Assembly: GCA_964396965.1 (NCBI GenBank) | Contig: CAYNGD010000006.1 | Span: 8,771-72,770 of the forward strand | Source: an uncultured Dehalococcoidales bacterium | GTDB lineage: Bacteria > Chloroflexota > Dehalococcoidia > Dehalococcoidales > BS750m-G39 | DNA: 64,000 nt | Direction of reading: 5' to 3' | Shown: positions 9,557 through 17,818 of the stretch, piece by piece | Position numbering within the stretch: the stretch's first letter is position 1 | Layout: every line of letters begins with the position of its first letter | Program-made: the position numbers and the translations under genes | The notes under the pieces: generated by a model | What the model saw: only the letters and a program-made list of their open reading frames with translations | The model's database searches: none | Told to the model about the DNA's origin: nothing

Positions 9557-9970
9557 ATGGGCTTTGAGAATTTCGGCACGGTCAGCTTTACTTCAGAGGC
9601 CAAGGTAACCGATTTCATCACCCAGCTGGAGGCGGGCAAAGTGATGGCCACCCGCTGCCGCCAGTGCGGGGGCAGCTACTTTCCCCCCAAGGCGGACTGC
9701 CCCAAGTGCCTCTCCAGTGATGTTGAGTGGTTCGAGGTTAAGAGCACGGGTAAGCTCCTGAGCTATACCGTGGTCAACTACGGCCCCACCGGTTTCGAGA
9801 ACGACGCCCCCTATATCCTGGCTCTGGTGCGGTTTTACGAGGGCATCCAGATTCTGGCCCGTCTTAGCCGGGATATCGCCGAGAAGGATATTAAGGTCGG
9901 TATGAGTCTTAAGGTCAGTCCGGTAAGGCTGGCCGATAACAGGATTGCCTACCAATTTAGCAGAGCCTAA
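9557..9970 (+). CDS. DUF35 protein (Zn-ribbon plus OB-fold)
   Basis: 137 aa with CRQCGGSYFPPKADCPKC (CxxC-x10-CxxC) followed by an OB-fold-like C-terminus. Only 3 nt downstream of the thiolase. Confidence 0.8.
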   Translation: MGFENFGTVSFTSEAKVTDFITQLEAGKVMATRCRQCGGSYFPPKADCPKCLSSDVEWFEVKSTGKLLSYTVVNYGPTGFENDAPYILALVRFYEGIQILARLSRDIAEKDIKVGMSLKVSPVRLADNRIAYQFSRA

Positions 9971-9984
9971 CAAGGAGGACAATC

Positions 9985-11391
9985 ATGGTTGGTATTACCT
10001 CATACGGCGCTTATGTGCCCCTCTACCGGCTGAGCCGGGAGGCGGTAGCCAGGGGCGCCCGCGGCGAGAAGGCGATATGTAACTTCGATGAGGACAGCAT
10101 CACAATGGCGGCGGCGGCGGCTATCGACTGCCTGACCGGCCTTGACCGGGAGAAGATTGACGGGCTCTATTTGGCCACCACCACCTCCCCCTACAGGGAG
10201 AAGTCGGGGGCGACTATCGTGGCCATGGCCGCCGACCTCAGAGAGGAAATCCTTACCGCCGATTTCGCCCATTCCCTGCGGGCGGGGACATCGGCATTCA
10301 GGTCAGCTATTGATGCGGTCAAGGCAGGCTCGGCCAAGAGGGTGCTGGTGACGGCGGCTGACTGCCGTCTGGGGCTTCCCGGCTCGGTCTATGAGCAGAA
10401 CTTCGGTGACGGTGCCGGTGCCCTCCTTATCGGCGACACTAATGTTATCGCCAACATTGAAGATAGTTACTCGGTCTATAACGAGATAACCGACGTCTGG
10501 CGATCTGCCGGCGACACCTTTATCCGTTCCTGGGAGGACCGCTTTACCACCACCCACGGCTACGCCACGGCGGTGAGCGAAGCGGTATCAGGGCTATTAA
10601 AGAAGACCGGCCTGAAGCCGGCCGATTTCGCCAAGGTTGTTCTCTATACCCCGGACGCCCGCCGCAGCGCCGACGTGGCTAAAAGACTGGGCTTTGACCC
10701 CAAGACCCAGCTCCAGGACCCCTTATTTAATTTTCTGGGCAACACCGGCAGCGCCCTCCCCCTGATGCTGCTGGCGGCGGCGCTGGAGGAGGCCAAGGCG
10801 GGCGACAGGATACTGCTGGCCAGCTACGGTAACGGCAGCGATGCCTTTGTCCTCCAGGTGACCGAACAGATAGCCAAAATCAAGCCCCGGCGCGGAATGA
10901 AGGGGCATCTGGCCTCGAAGAAGGTAATGGATGATTACCGCCAGTACCTCATCTGGCGGGGAATCCTGCCGATAGAGCCGCGCAAGGAGACGGTGGCCTT
11001 TATCTCCGCCCCGGCCCTGTGGCGGGAGCGAGACGCCAACCTGCGTCTGCGCGGGGTCAAGTGCAAGGTCTGCGGCACCATCCAGTTCCCGCCGCAGCGG
11101 GTCTGCATCAAGTGCCACAGCAAAGACCAGTTCGAGCCCTACCGCCTGTCGGACAAGAAGGCCAAGATATTCACCTTCTCCATGGACTATATCACCTATC
11201 CGGTGCTGGAGCGGCCGGTGGTCAACGTCACCGTTGACTTCGAGGGTGGGGGCAGGGCGCTACTGTATATGACCGACCGCGAGGCGGAGCAGGTCAAGTG
11301 CGGCCTGCCGGTGGAGATGAGCTTCAGGAAGCTGATGGTCAGGGACGGCATCCACAACTATTACTGGAAGGCGATGCCCTTAAGGACATAA
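9985..11391 (+). CDS. Archaeal-type HMG-CoA-synthase-like protein fused to a C-terminal DUF35 domain. Catalytic residues appear substituted.
   Basis: 468 aa. The N-terminal ~345 aa align by eye to archaeal HMGCS (VGITSYGAYVP, DVWR, GNTGSA, LASYGNGSDAF). The C-terminus carries CKVCGTIQFPPQRVCIKC plus an OB fold. The expected Glu/Cys/His positions read T/L/Y. Confidence 0.8.
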   Translation: MVGITSYGAYVPLYRLSREAVARGARGEKAICNFDEDSITMAAAAAIDCLTGLDREKIDGLYLATTTSPYREKSGATIVAMAADLREEILTADFAHSLRAGTSAFRSAIDAVKAGSAKRVLVTAADCRLGLPGSVYEQNFGDGAGALLIGDTNVIANIEDSYSVYNEITDVWRSAGDTFIRSWEDRFTTTHGYATAVSEAVSGLLKKTGLKPADFAKVVLYTPDARRSADVAKRLGFDPKTQLQDPLFNFLGNTGSALPLMLLAAALEEAKAGDRILLASYGNGSDAFVLQVTEQIAKIKPRRGMKGHLASKKVMDDYRQYLIWRGILPIEPRKETVAFISAPALWRERDANLRLRGVKCKVCGTIQFPPQRVCIKCHSKDQFEPYRLSDKKAKIFTFSMDYITYPVLERPVVNVTVDFEGGGRALLYMTDREAEQVKCGLPVEMSFRKLMVRDGIHNYYWKAMPLRT

Positions 11392-11419
11392 GCGACAGAA
11401 TAAAGGGGGAGGTAACCCT

Positions 11420-12598
11420 ATGGTAGGCATTAAAGATAGAGTGGCCATAGTGGGTATGGGTTGTACCCAGTTCGGCGAGCTCTGGGATAAAAGTCATAAA
11501 GATCTGCTGGTTGAGGCCTGCTACGAGGCCTTCGAGGACGCTGGCATCGAGCCCAAGGACATTCAAGCTGCCTGGTACGGCAGCCGCGAGACCGGCTTTA
11601 CCGGCACCCAGCTGGCCAATGCCATAAAGCTGGACTATATACCGGTCAGCCGGGTGGAGAACTTCTGCGCCGGCGGCACCGATACCTTCCGTAATGCCTG
11701 CTATGCCGTGGCCAGCGGCGTCTGTGAGATCGCCCTGGCAGTGGGGGTGGAGAAGTGCAAGGACCACTACGGCGGCTTCTGCATGGACATTCTCGACCCC
11801 TTTGACCGCAGCATGGTGGAGTGGGAACTGCCCCCGGCCAGTCAGTTCGCCCTGCTGGCCACCAGGTATATGCACCACTACGGCTGGAAGTACGAGGACT
11901 TCAAGCGGATACTCTCCATGATTGACGTCAAGAACCATCACAACGGCACCATGTCCCCCAAGGCCCAGTTCCGGCGGGAGATAACCATAGAGCAGGCCAT
12001 GAACGCCCCCATGATTTCCTACCCGCTGGGACTGTATGATGCCTGCGGGGTGAGCGATGGTTCGGCGGCGGCCATTATCACCACCCCTGAGATTGCCAAA
12101 AAGATGAGAAAAGACTACGTCCTGGTAAAGGCTTTAGCCCTGACCAACGGTGCCGGCCAGGCGGTAATGCAGCCGGAGTACAATTTTATCTCCATCCCGG
12201 AGACGGCAACCGCTGCCGAGCACGCCTACAGAGAGGCGGGTATAACCAAACCCCGCCATGAGATAGACGTGGCCATAGTCCATGACTGTTTTTCCATTAC
12301 CGAGCTGATGACCATGGAGGACCTGCAGTTCAGCCCCAGGGGTAAGGCCCCGGAGGATGTTGAGGCTGGCACCTTTACCCTGGAGGGAGAGCTGCCGGTT
12401 AATACTGACGGGGGGCTGAAATGCTTTGGCCATCCCCTTTCGGCCAGCGGGCTGAGGATGATTTATGAAGTCTACAAGCAGCTGCAGGGTAAGGCCGGCC
12501 CCAGGCAGCTGAAGAAAGCGGATATGGGTCTAACCCATAATGTGGGAGGTATCTGCGGCTTCTTTAACTGCACCGTGGCTTTGTTCGGTAGACCATAA
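11420..12598 (+). CDS. SCP2/archaeal-type thiolase (second copy)
   Basis: 392 aa with a Cys nucleophile in ENFCAGGT, plus VHDCF, GHPLSASG and HNVGG. Confidence 0.85.
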   Translation: MVGIKDRVAIVGMGCTQFGELWDKSHKDLLVEACYEAFEDAGIEPKDIQAAWYGSRETGFTGTQLANAIKLDYIPVSRVENFCAGGTDTFRNACYAVASGVCEIALAVGVEKCKDHYGGFCMDILDPFDRSMVEWELPPASQFALLATRYMHHYGWKYEDFKRILSMIDVKNHHNGTMSPKAQFRREITIEQAMNAPMISYPLGLYDACGVSDGSAAAIITTPEIAKKMRKDYVLVKALALTNGAGQAVMQPEYNFISIPETATAAEHAYREAGITKPRHEIDVAIVHDCFSITELMTMEDLQFSPRGKAPEDVEAGTFTLEGELPVNTDGGLKCFGHPLSASGLRMIYEVYKQLQGKAGPRQLKKADMGLTHNVGGICGFFNCTVALFGRP

Positions 12599-12650
12599 TC
12601 TGCTATAATAATACAAAATATATAAAATATTCCGGTGACAGCGGGTGCCG

Positions 12651-12774
12651 TCAGGGCTTAATAGACTGCCTGCCGAGGAGATAGAAGGCTTGAAGGTTAA
12701 GTCCTTGTGCGGCAGGCGCAGGGACTTGCTTTTTTAGGCGGATATCAAGTAGTGTTAATCGGGGGTTAAGGGAG
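12651..12774 (+). promoter_or_regulatory. Putative rplJ (L10) leader / attenuator
   Basis: Hairpin AAGTCCTTG...CAGGGACTT (12699..12727) followed by TTTTTT (12730..12735). Upstream CTGCCTGCCG can pair alternatively with CGGCAGGCG. Sits immediately before the rplJ RBS. Confidence 0.45.
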
Positions 12775-13299
12775 ATGTCCAGGGAAAAGAAAACGGAGAT
12801 TATCGAAAACCTGCAAGAGCTGTTTACTAGGTGCAGCGTGGCCATTCTGGCTGACTACCGGGGCCAATCGGCTAACCAGATGACCGAGCTGCGCCGCCGG
12901 CTCGGGGAGGCAGGGATTGACTTTAAGGTGGTCAAGAACACGCTGGCCAGCTTCGCCGCCCAGAGGTCGGGGAGGGAGGAGCTTTCCGGTTTCTTCGAGG
13001 GGCCGGTGGCGATTGCCTTCGGCTACGGCGATATCAACGGGCCGGCCAAGGCCTTGGCCGGCTATATCGAAGAAACGAAGGCCGGCATGACCATCAAGGG
13101 GGGCTTTTTAGCCGACCGGCTGCTTACCAAAGAGGAGGTAACCACCCTTTCTACTCTGCCATCGAAAGAGGTGTTACTAGCCAGGGTTGTGGGTGGGGTG
13201 CAGGGCCCCATCTCGGCCCTGGTCAGCCAGCTGGCTGACCCGATGACGGGGCTTATAGCTGGACTACAGGCGAGAATTCAACAACTGGAGGGAAGATAA
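12775..13299 (+). CDS. rplJ: 50S ribosomal protein L10
   Basis: 174 aa with typical L10 sequence ([19 protein letters not shown]). Followed by rplL. Confidence 0.93.
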   Translation: MSREKKTEIIENLQELFTRCSVAILADYRGQSANQMTELRRRLGEAGIDFKVVKNTLASFAAQRSGREELSGFFEGPVAIAFGYGDINGPAKALAGYIEETKAGMTIKGGFLADRLLTKEEVTTLSTLPSKEVLLARVVGGVQGPISALVSQLADPMTGLIAGLQARIQQLEGR

Positions 13300-13300
13300 G

Positions 13301-13915
13301 ATGCCACAAGAAGAAGCCAAAGGCAAAAAAACGGCCAAGGCCGAAGCCAAGGCTGAGGTAGAGGAACCCAAGGCTGAGGCTAAGGTAGAGGAAGCTAAGC
13401 CTGAGGTAGAGAAACCCGAAACCAAGCCTGAGGTAAAAGAACCTGAAGCTAAAGCTGAAGCAAAGGAACCCGCCGCCAAGGCTGAACCTGAAGCTAAGCC
13501 TGAGGCCAAGGAGGCCAAAGCCAAGGCCGGGGCGAAGAGCTCGGCTGCTGTTGAGCAGATAATGGCCAGCATCAAGAAGATGACGGTGCTTGAGCTATCG
13601 GAGCTGGTCAAGGCGCTGCAGGAAGAGTTCGGCGTCAGCGCTCCGGTAGCGGTAGCGGCACCGGCGGCAGCCGCCGCCGAGGCGGCCCCAGCCGCTGAGG
13701 AGAAGACGGAGTTCAGCGTTATTCTCAAGGAAGTCGGGGCTAACAAGATCAGCGTCATCAGAGCGGTGAGGGAGGTGACCACCCTCGGCCTCAAGGAGGC
13801 CAAGGACTTCGTGGAGAGCGCCCCTCAGACGGTAAAAGAAGGGATTAACCAGGAAGAGGCCAATAACATAAAACAGAAGCTGGAAGCGGCCGGGGCTAGC
13901 GTAGAGATTAAATAA
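13301..13915 (+). CDS. rplL: 50S ribosomal protein L7/L12 with an ~80 aa K/E/A/P-rich N-terminal extension
   Basis: The C-terminal ~125 aa are canonical L12 ([19 protein letters not shown] ... [14 protein letters not shown] ... AGASVEIK). ATG 13301 has a GGAGGGA RBS 7 nt upstream. The internal Met88 (13562) has no SD. Confidence 0.9.
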   Translation: MPQEEAKGKKTAKAEAKAEVEEPKAEAKVEEAKPEVEKPETKPEVKEPEAKAEAKEPAAKAEPEAKPEAKEAKAKAGAKSSAAVEQIMASIKKMTVLELSELVKALQEEFGVSAPVAVAAPAAAAAEAAPAAEEKTEFSVILKEVGANKISVIRAVREVTTLGLKEAKDFVESAPQTVKEGINQEEANNIKQKLEAAGASVEIK

Positions 13916-13933
13916 AGCTAAGGGGTTCTAGAC

Positions 13934-14191
13934 ATGCCTCTAAGCGATAAATTCATACTGATGGTCGTGGGTGGTATCTTCATCGTCCTGGGTATATTCC
14001 TGATTCTCTGGGGCAAGGGTGAGGAGAGGGGGTATTACCGTTCTCTGGCCGGCCGCCCCGACGCCAGGGAGTTTCTAGAACACTGGCCGCAGCGCCCCAG
14101 GGTGGGGGCGGGGAAGATAGGCGGCTGGATATCTCTGTCGGTCGGCCTGGTCCTGGCGGCGGTGGGCGGTGCTCTCTGGCTCTGGGGCTAA
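13934..14191 (+). CDS. Small membrane protein (2 predicted TM helices), unknown function
   Basis: 85 aa with two hydrophobic stretches. AAGGGG RBS upstream. Confidence 0.5.
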   Translation: MPLSDKFILMVVGGIFIVLGIFLILWGKGEERGYYRSLAGRPDAREFLEHWPQRPRVGAGKIGGWISLSVGLVLAAVGGALWLWG

Positions 14192-14351
14192 AAAACCTGA
14201 GAGTCTGCCCTGGCGGTGTAGCTTGTGCCCGGCGTCCTCACATTGCGAGGCCCTTTGAACTCCCTTTCCCCGTGGACTGGCCGCCCTTTCTCTAGCCCCA
14301 TAGTGAGGGGCTATCCTCTAGCTTGATTTTTGTTTAAGAGCACTTCAGATA

Positions 14352-15584
14352 GTGAGCATCTCTAAGAGCCAGACTAACGGAGCCAATTCCCGCTGGTATG
14401 CGCTTATCCTGGCAGCGCTGACCTTAACCTTTACCGTCGCCATGCAGCAGATCTGCATGTCGGTGCTTTTCAAGGAGATATCGGAGGAGCTTGGCCTGAG
14501 CCTGGTGCAGATAGGCCTTGTCTGGGGTACACCCGCCTTTTCTGGTTTTCTTATCGTCATTATCGGCGGGCTGCTCTCAGACCGCTACGGGGCCAGACGG
14601 GTTATTGGTGTTGCCTGTATTGTGGCGGGGATAGCCGGTGCCCTGAGGGGTACCGCCGGCGGCTTTGCCAGCCTGTTATTGTTCACTTTCCTGATGGGTC
14701 TGGCGATTTGGGTTATACCACCTAGTGCCTTCAAGAACAACGCCGCCTGGTTTTCAGGAAGGCGGCTGGTAATTGCCAACGGCGTGCTCTCAACCGGTAT
14801 GGGATTTGGTTTTACTTTGGGGTCCTTGGTTAGTGCCACCATACTATCGCCGTTTCTGGGCGGCTGGCAGAATGTGCTGTTCCTCTACGGTGGTATTGCC
14901 GTCGTGTTTGGTTTTCTCTGGCTTTTCACGGCCAAGGAGTTTACCGGGTCGGCGGCTCCGGTAAGTGGAGTGCCGCTGCGCCAGTCGATAGCGCATGTAT
15001 TTCCGGTCAAGTCTCTCTGGTTTATCGGTCTGACCCTGCTGGGCTATTCCGGTTGTATTCAGGCAGTTATCGGCTACATGCCTACCTATCTCCGTAATAT
15101 AGGCTGGACGGTGGCCAGCGCTGACGGCACGCTGGCTGCTTTTACTGCGGTCAGTACCCTGGGCGCTATTCCGCTGACCATGTTATCCGATAGAATCGGT
15201 TTGAAAAAGGCGCTGATTTTCCCGATACTTGTGGTCACCATTCTGTGTGTGGCCTTGCTGCCGGTAGCTGGTAACACCATGGTATGGGTGCTGATGATAT
15301 TGATGGGCGTATCCCGTGACGGGCTTATGGCCGTCTGCCTCACCATGAGCACCGAGACGGAGGGCATCGGCAGCGTCTATGCTGGAGCCGCTGTGGGGCT
15401 TACGCAGACTATTAATTATGTCGGCCAGCTTTTTGCCCCTCCACTGGGTAACAGCCTGGCCAGCCCGGCTAATCCCGCTTCGCCCTATCCCTTCTTCCTC
15501 TGGGCGGGCTTCGGGCTGCTGGGCTTGATTTCTTTCGTTTTCGTCAGGGAAACGGGGTGGAAGCGGAAAGAGCTAAGGCGATAA
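14352..15584 (+). CDS. MFS transporter
   Basis: 410 aa with about 12 hydrophobic segments and an MFS-like GGLLSDRYGARR loop motif. Start codon is uncertain (GTG, no clear RBS). Confidence 0.8.
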   Translation: MSISKSQTNGANSRWYALILAALTLTFTVAMQQICMSVLFKEISEELGLSLVQIGLVWGTPAFSGFLIVIIGGLLSDRYGARRVIGVACIVAGIAGALRGTAGGFASLLLFTFLMGLAIWVIPPSAFKNNAAWFSGRRLVIANGVLSTGMGFGFTLGSLVSATILSPFLGGWQNVLFLYGGIAVVFGFLWLFTAKEFTGSAAPVSGVPLRQSIAHVFPVKSLWFIGLTLLGYSGCIQAVIGYMPTYLRNIGWTVASADGTLAAFTAVSTLGAIPLTMLSDRIGLKKALIFPILVVTILCVALLPVAGNTMVWVLMILMGVSRDGLMAVCLTMSTETEGIGSVYAGAAVGLTQTINYVGQLFAPPLGNSLASPANPASPYPFFLWAGFGLLGLISFVFVRETGWKRKELRR

Positions 15585-15586
15585 GG

Positions 15587-15853
15587 TTATCTTCCGTACC
15601 TCAGTTTGGCGTAAAGCAGAGTGGCGGCCAGGGCGGCTCCGATGGCGTTCCAGACGATGACTGGCAGGAGTCCCAAGTAGAGCCCGTAAATTAACCAGGC
15701 GATGAGTCCCAGCAGGAGCGCGCCGGTAAAGAGCAGGCTTATCTCCCGGGCGCTTCTGAGCTTGAAGACACGGATTATCTGTGGAATCATGCTGCAGGTT
15801 ACTAACAGGCCGGCGAGAAGACCCAGAGCCTCTATCAAAGACAAGTTTGACAC
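15587..15853 (-). CDS. SemiSWEET / PQ-loop family transporter
   Basis: About 85-88 aa, three TM helices, PQ motif (MIPQIIRVFK). The likely true start is TTG at 15844, 6 nt after GGAGGTG. Confidence 0.7.
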   Translation of the reverse strand: MSNLSLIEALGLLAGLLVTCSMIPQIIRVFKLRSAREISLLFTGALLLGLIAWLIYGLYLGLLPVIVWNAIGAALAATLLYAKLRYGR

Positions 15854-15859
15854 CTCCGG

Positions 15860-17404
15860 TTAGGATACCAGGCTTCTTGGCCGGTACTGGATGGCTTCGG
15901 CGATATGGTGGGCCTTGATGATGTCGGCGCCCTCCAGGTCGGCCAGGGTGCGGCCTATTTTGAGGATGCGGTGGAAGGCCCGGGCGGAGAGGTAAAGCTG
16001 TTTCATGGCCGTCCTGAGCAGGCCCTGGGCCGACTCCTCGGTTGAGCAGAACTCCCTGACCTCGGTGGGGGTCATCTCGGCGTTGCAGGCGATAGCCGTC
16101 CCGTTAAAGCGCTGGCGCTGTATCGAGCGGGCGGCTTCCACCCTCTTCTGCACCTTTTCCGACCTTTCCCCCAGCCTGTCGTCGGCCAGCTTCTCGTAGT
16201 CAATGTGGGGCACCTCGACGAAGATATCCACCCGGTCGATGAACGGGCCGCTGATGCGCTTCTGGTAGCGGACAACCAGCCCCGGTGTGCAGGTACACGC
16301 CTTGAAGGGGTCGCCGTAGTAGCCGCAGGGGCAGGGGTTCATCGCTCCCACCAGCATGAAGTTGGCCGGGAAGGTGACGCTACCGTTGGCCCGGCTGATG
16401 GTGATTACCCGGTCCTCCAGGGGCTGGCGCAGCACCTCCAGCACCGAGTGGCCGAACTCGGGGAGCTCATCGAGGAAGAGCACCCCCCGGTGGCTCAGGC
16501 TTATCTCGCCCGGTTTGGGCCAGTGCCCGCCCCCCACCAGCCCGGCGTGGGAGATGGTGTAGTGGGGGGAGCGGAAGGGGCGCTCCCTCACCAGTGGGGT
16601 GTTGGCCGGAAGTAAGCCGCTGACGCTGTATATCTTGGTGACCTCCAGTGCCTCGGCGCTGGTCATCGGCGGCAGCAACGAGGGCAGTGAGCGCGCCAGC
16701 AGTGTCTTGCCGCTGCCCGGCGGCCCCATCATGATGATATTGTGGCCGCCCGCCGCCGCTACTTCCAGGGCCCGCTTGACGTGCTCCTGTCCCTTGATAT
16801 AGGCCAGGTCGGTGGGGGGTAGGGCGGAGGGGGAATATTTCTCGGCTGGCCTGGCCTGGAATTTGGGGGCCGGTATCTCCCCGCGAAAATAGCTGACCAG
16901 TTGGGGCAGGGAGGTAAAGGGGAGGATTCTGGTGCCGTCTATCAGCGACGCCTCCTGGGCGTCAACCTCGGGCACGATAGCGGTGGCCAGGTTTTCCTGG
17001 TGGGCCAGGGCCACCATGGGCAGGATGCCGTTGGTGTGGCGCAGGGCGCCGTCCAGGGCTAGCTCACCGAGGAGAACAGTCTGGGAGAGATCGGCGGAGA
17101 GCTGCTCCGAGCTGAGCAGGATGCCGACGGCGATGGGCAGGTCGTAGGCCGGCCCGGCCTTTTTAAGGCTGGCCGGGGCCAGGTTGACCACGATGCGCTT
17201 CATGGGGAAGTTGCAGCCCGAGTTACGGATGGCTGCCCGAACCCGCTCCCTGGCTTCCTGGACGGCGGCATCGGGCAGCCCCACGATGGTAAATGAGGGC
17301 AGGCCGGGGGAGATATCCACCTCGACCTCAACAATAGCCCCCTCCAGCCCGACCACGGCGCAGGTGGTTACTTTGGCTAGCATTAAAGCTATATTACCGC
17401 TCAA
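15860..17404 (-). CDS. comM: Mg-chelatase-like ATPase ComM/YifB
   Basis: 514 aa with an N-terminal Lon-protease-like domain, Walker A GPPGSGKT, LFLDELPEF, and a C-terminal ChlI-like region. Confidence 0.9.
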   Translation of the reverse strand: MSGNIALMLAKVTTCAVVGLEGAIVEVEVDISPGLPSFTIVGLPDAAVQEARERVRAAIRNSGCNFPMKRIVVNLAPASLKKAGPAYDLPIAVGILLSSEQLSADLSQTVLLGELALDGALRHTNGILPMVALAHQENLATAIVPEVDAQEASLIDGTRILPFTSLPQLVSYFRGEIPAPKFQARPAEKYSPSALPPTDLAYIKGQEHVKRALEVAAAGGHNIIMMGPPGSGKTLLARSLPSLLPPMTSAEALEVTKIYSVSGLLPANTPLVRERPFRSPHYTISHAGLVGGGHWPKPGEISLSHRGVLFLDELPEFGHSVLEVLRQPLEDRVITISRANGSVTFPANFMLVGAMNPCPCGYYGDPFKACTCTPGLVVRYQKRISGPFIDRVDIFVEVPHIDYEKLADDRLGERSEKVQKRVEAARSIQRQRFNGTAIACNAEMTPTEVREFCSTEESAQGLLRTAMKQLYLSARAFHRILKIGRTLADLEGADIIKAHHIAEAIQYRPRSLVS

Positions 17405-17435
17405 GCCTGCTGGGTGTCAACGAACTCAATTCTTT

Positions 17436-17572
17436 TATTCACCCCATCCCCCTTTATCCCCCTTCCCCTAGAGGGGAAGGGGGAAGTGATTTTAAGAGGG
17501 GGCATTAGCCCCCTCTCTATTTTTCTCCCCCTTTCCTTTCCAAGGGGGATTAAGGGGGTGAGGTTGCTAGAT
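17436..17572. repeat. Cluster of three G/C-tract hairpins (repeat copy R1, divergent member of the intergenic repeat family)
   Basis: Three hairpins: CCCCCTTCCCCT/AGGGGAAGGGGG palindrome, GAGGGGGC-ATTA-GCCCCCTC, and CCCCCTT...AAGGGGG. Flanked by TTCACCCCATCCCCC and GGGGGTGAGG. Confidence 0.6.
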
Positions 17573-17592
17573 AATCTCAATGGTCCTGAGTG

Positions 17593-17622
17593 TTGACAAA
17601 CTTTACCTCTATGTGATAGATT
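17593..17622 (+). promoter_or_regulatory. Sigma-70-type promoter of leader L1
   Basis: TTGACA (17593..17598), an 18 nt spacer, then TAGATT (17617..17622). Confidence 0.5.
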
Positions 17623-17629
17623 AAACGCG

Positions 17630-17818
17630 ATATGTTAAGTCAGGCTGTCTCCTGGAGTTTATTTGCCGATTTCGCCTTTACAGGGCGCACCCGGTGCGCT
17701 TGGGGGGCAGCTTGTTTGAAAATTTAAGGCTATTTAAGATATAAAGAAATCCAGAAGAGACCCTCCCAGGCGGAGGGATTTTTGTTTATTAAGGGAACTA
17801 ACCATAAGGAGGGGTAGC
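17630..17818 (+). promoter_or_regulatory. Structured 5' leader L1 with terminator/antiterminator (unclassified cis-regulatory RNA candidate)
   Basis: Terminator CCCTCC-CAGGC-GGAGGG plus ATTTTTGTTT (17761..17790). Upstream GCTTGGGGGG (17698..17707) is complementary to the terminator 5' arm. Paralogous to L2. Confidence 0.5.

Noticed and set aside
9985-11391. Straightforward annotation as HMG-CoA synthase of a mevalonate pathway.
   Set aside because: The Glu/Cys/His catalytic positions appear substituted (T/L/Y) in a by-eye alignment, and no other mevalonate-pathway genes are in the window. The gene is reported as HMGCS-like instead.
13264-13803. 179 aa Ser/Ala/Leu-rich ORF antisense to rplL, and 52644..53138 antisense to rpsP.
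   Set aside because: These are mirror images of the K/E/A/P low-complexity coding repeats on the opposite strand, not independent genes.
17757-17780. ZTP (pfl) riboswitch, suggested by the CCCAGGCGG string in leader L1.
   Set aside because: The ZTP 3' pseudoknot motif is CCGCCUGGGC. Here only its reverse complement occurs on the transcribed strand, and the 5' GGGUCGUGACUGGCG-type subdomain is absent.
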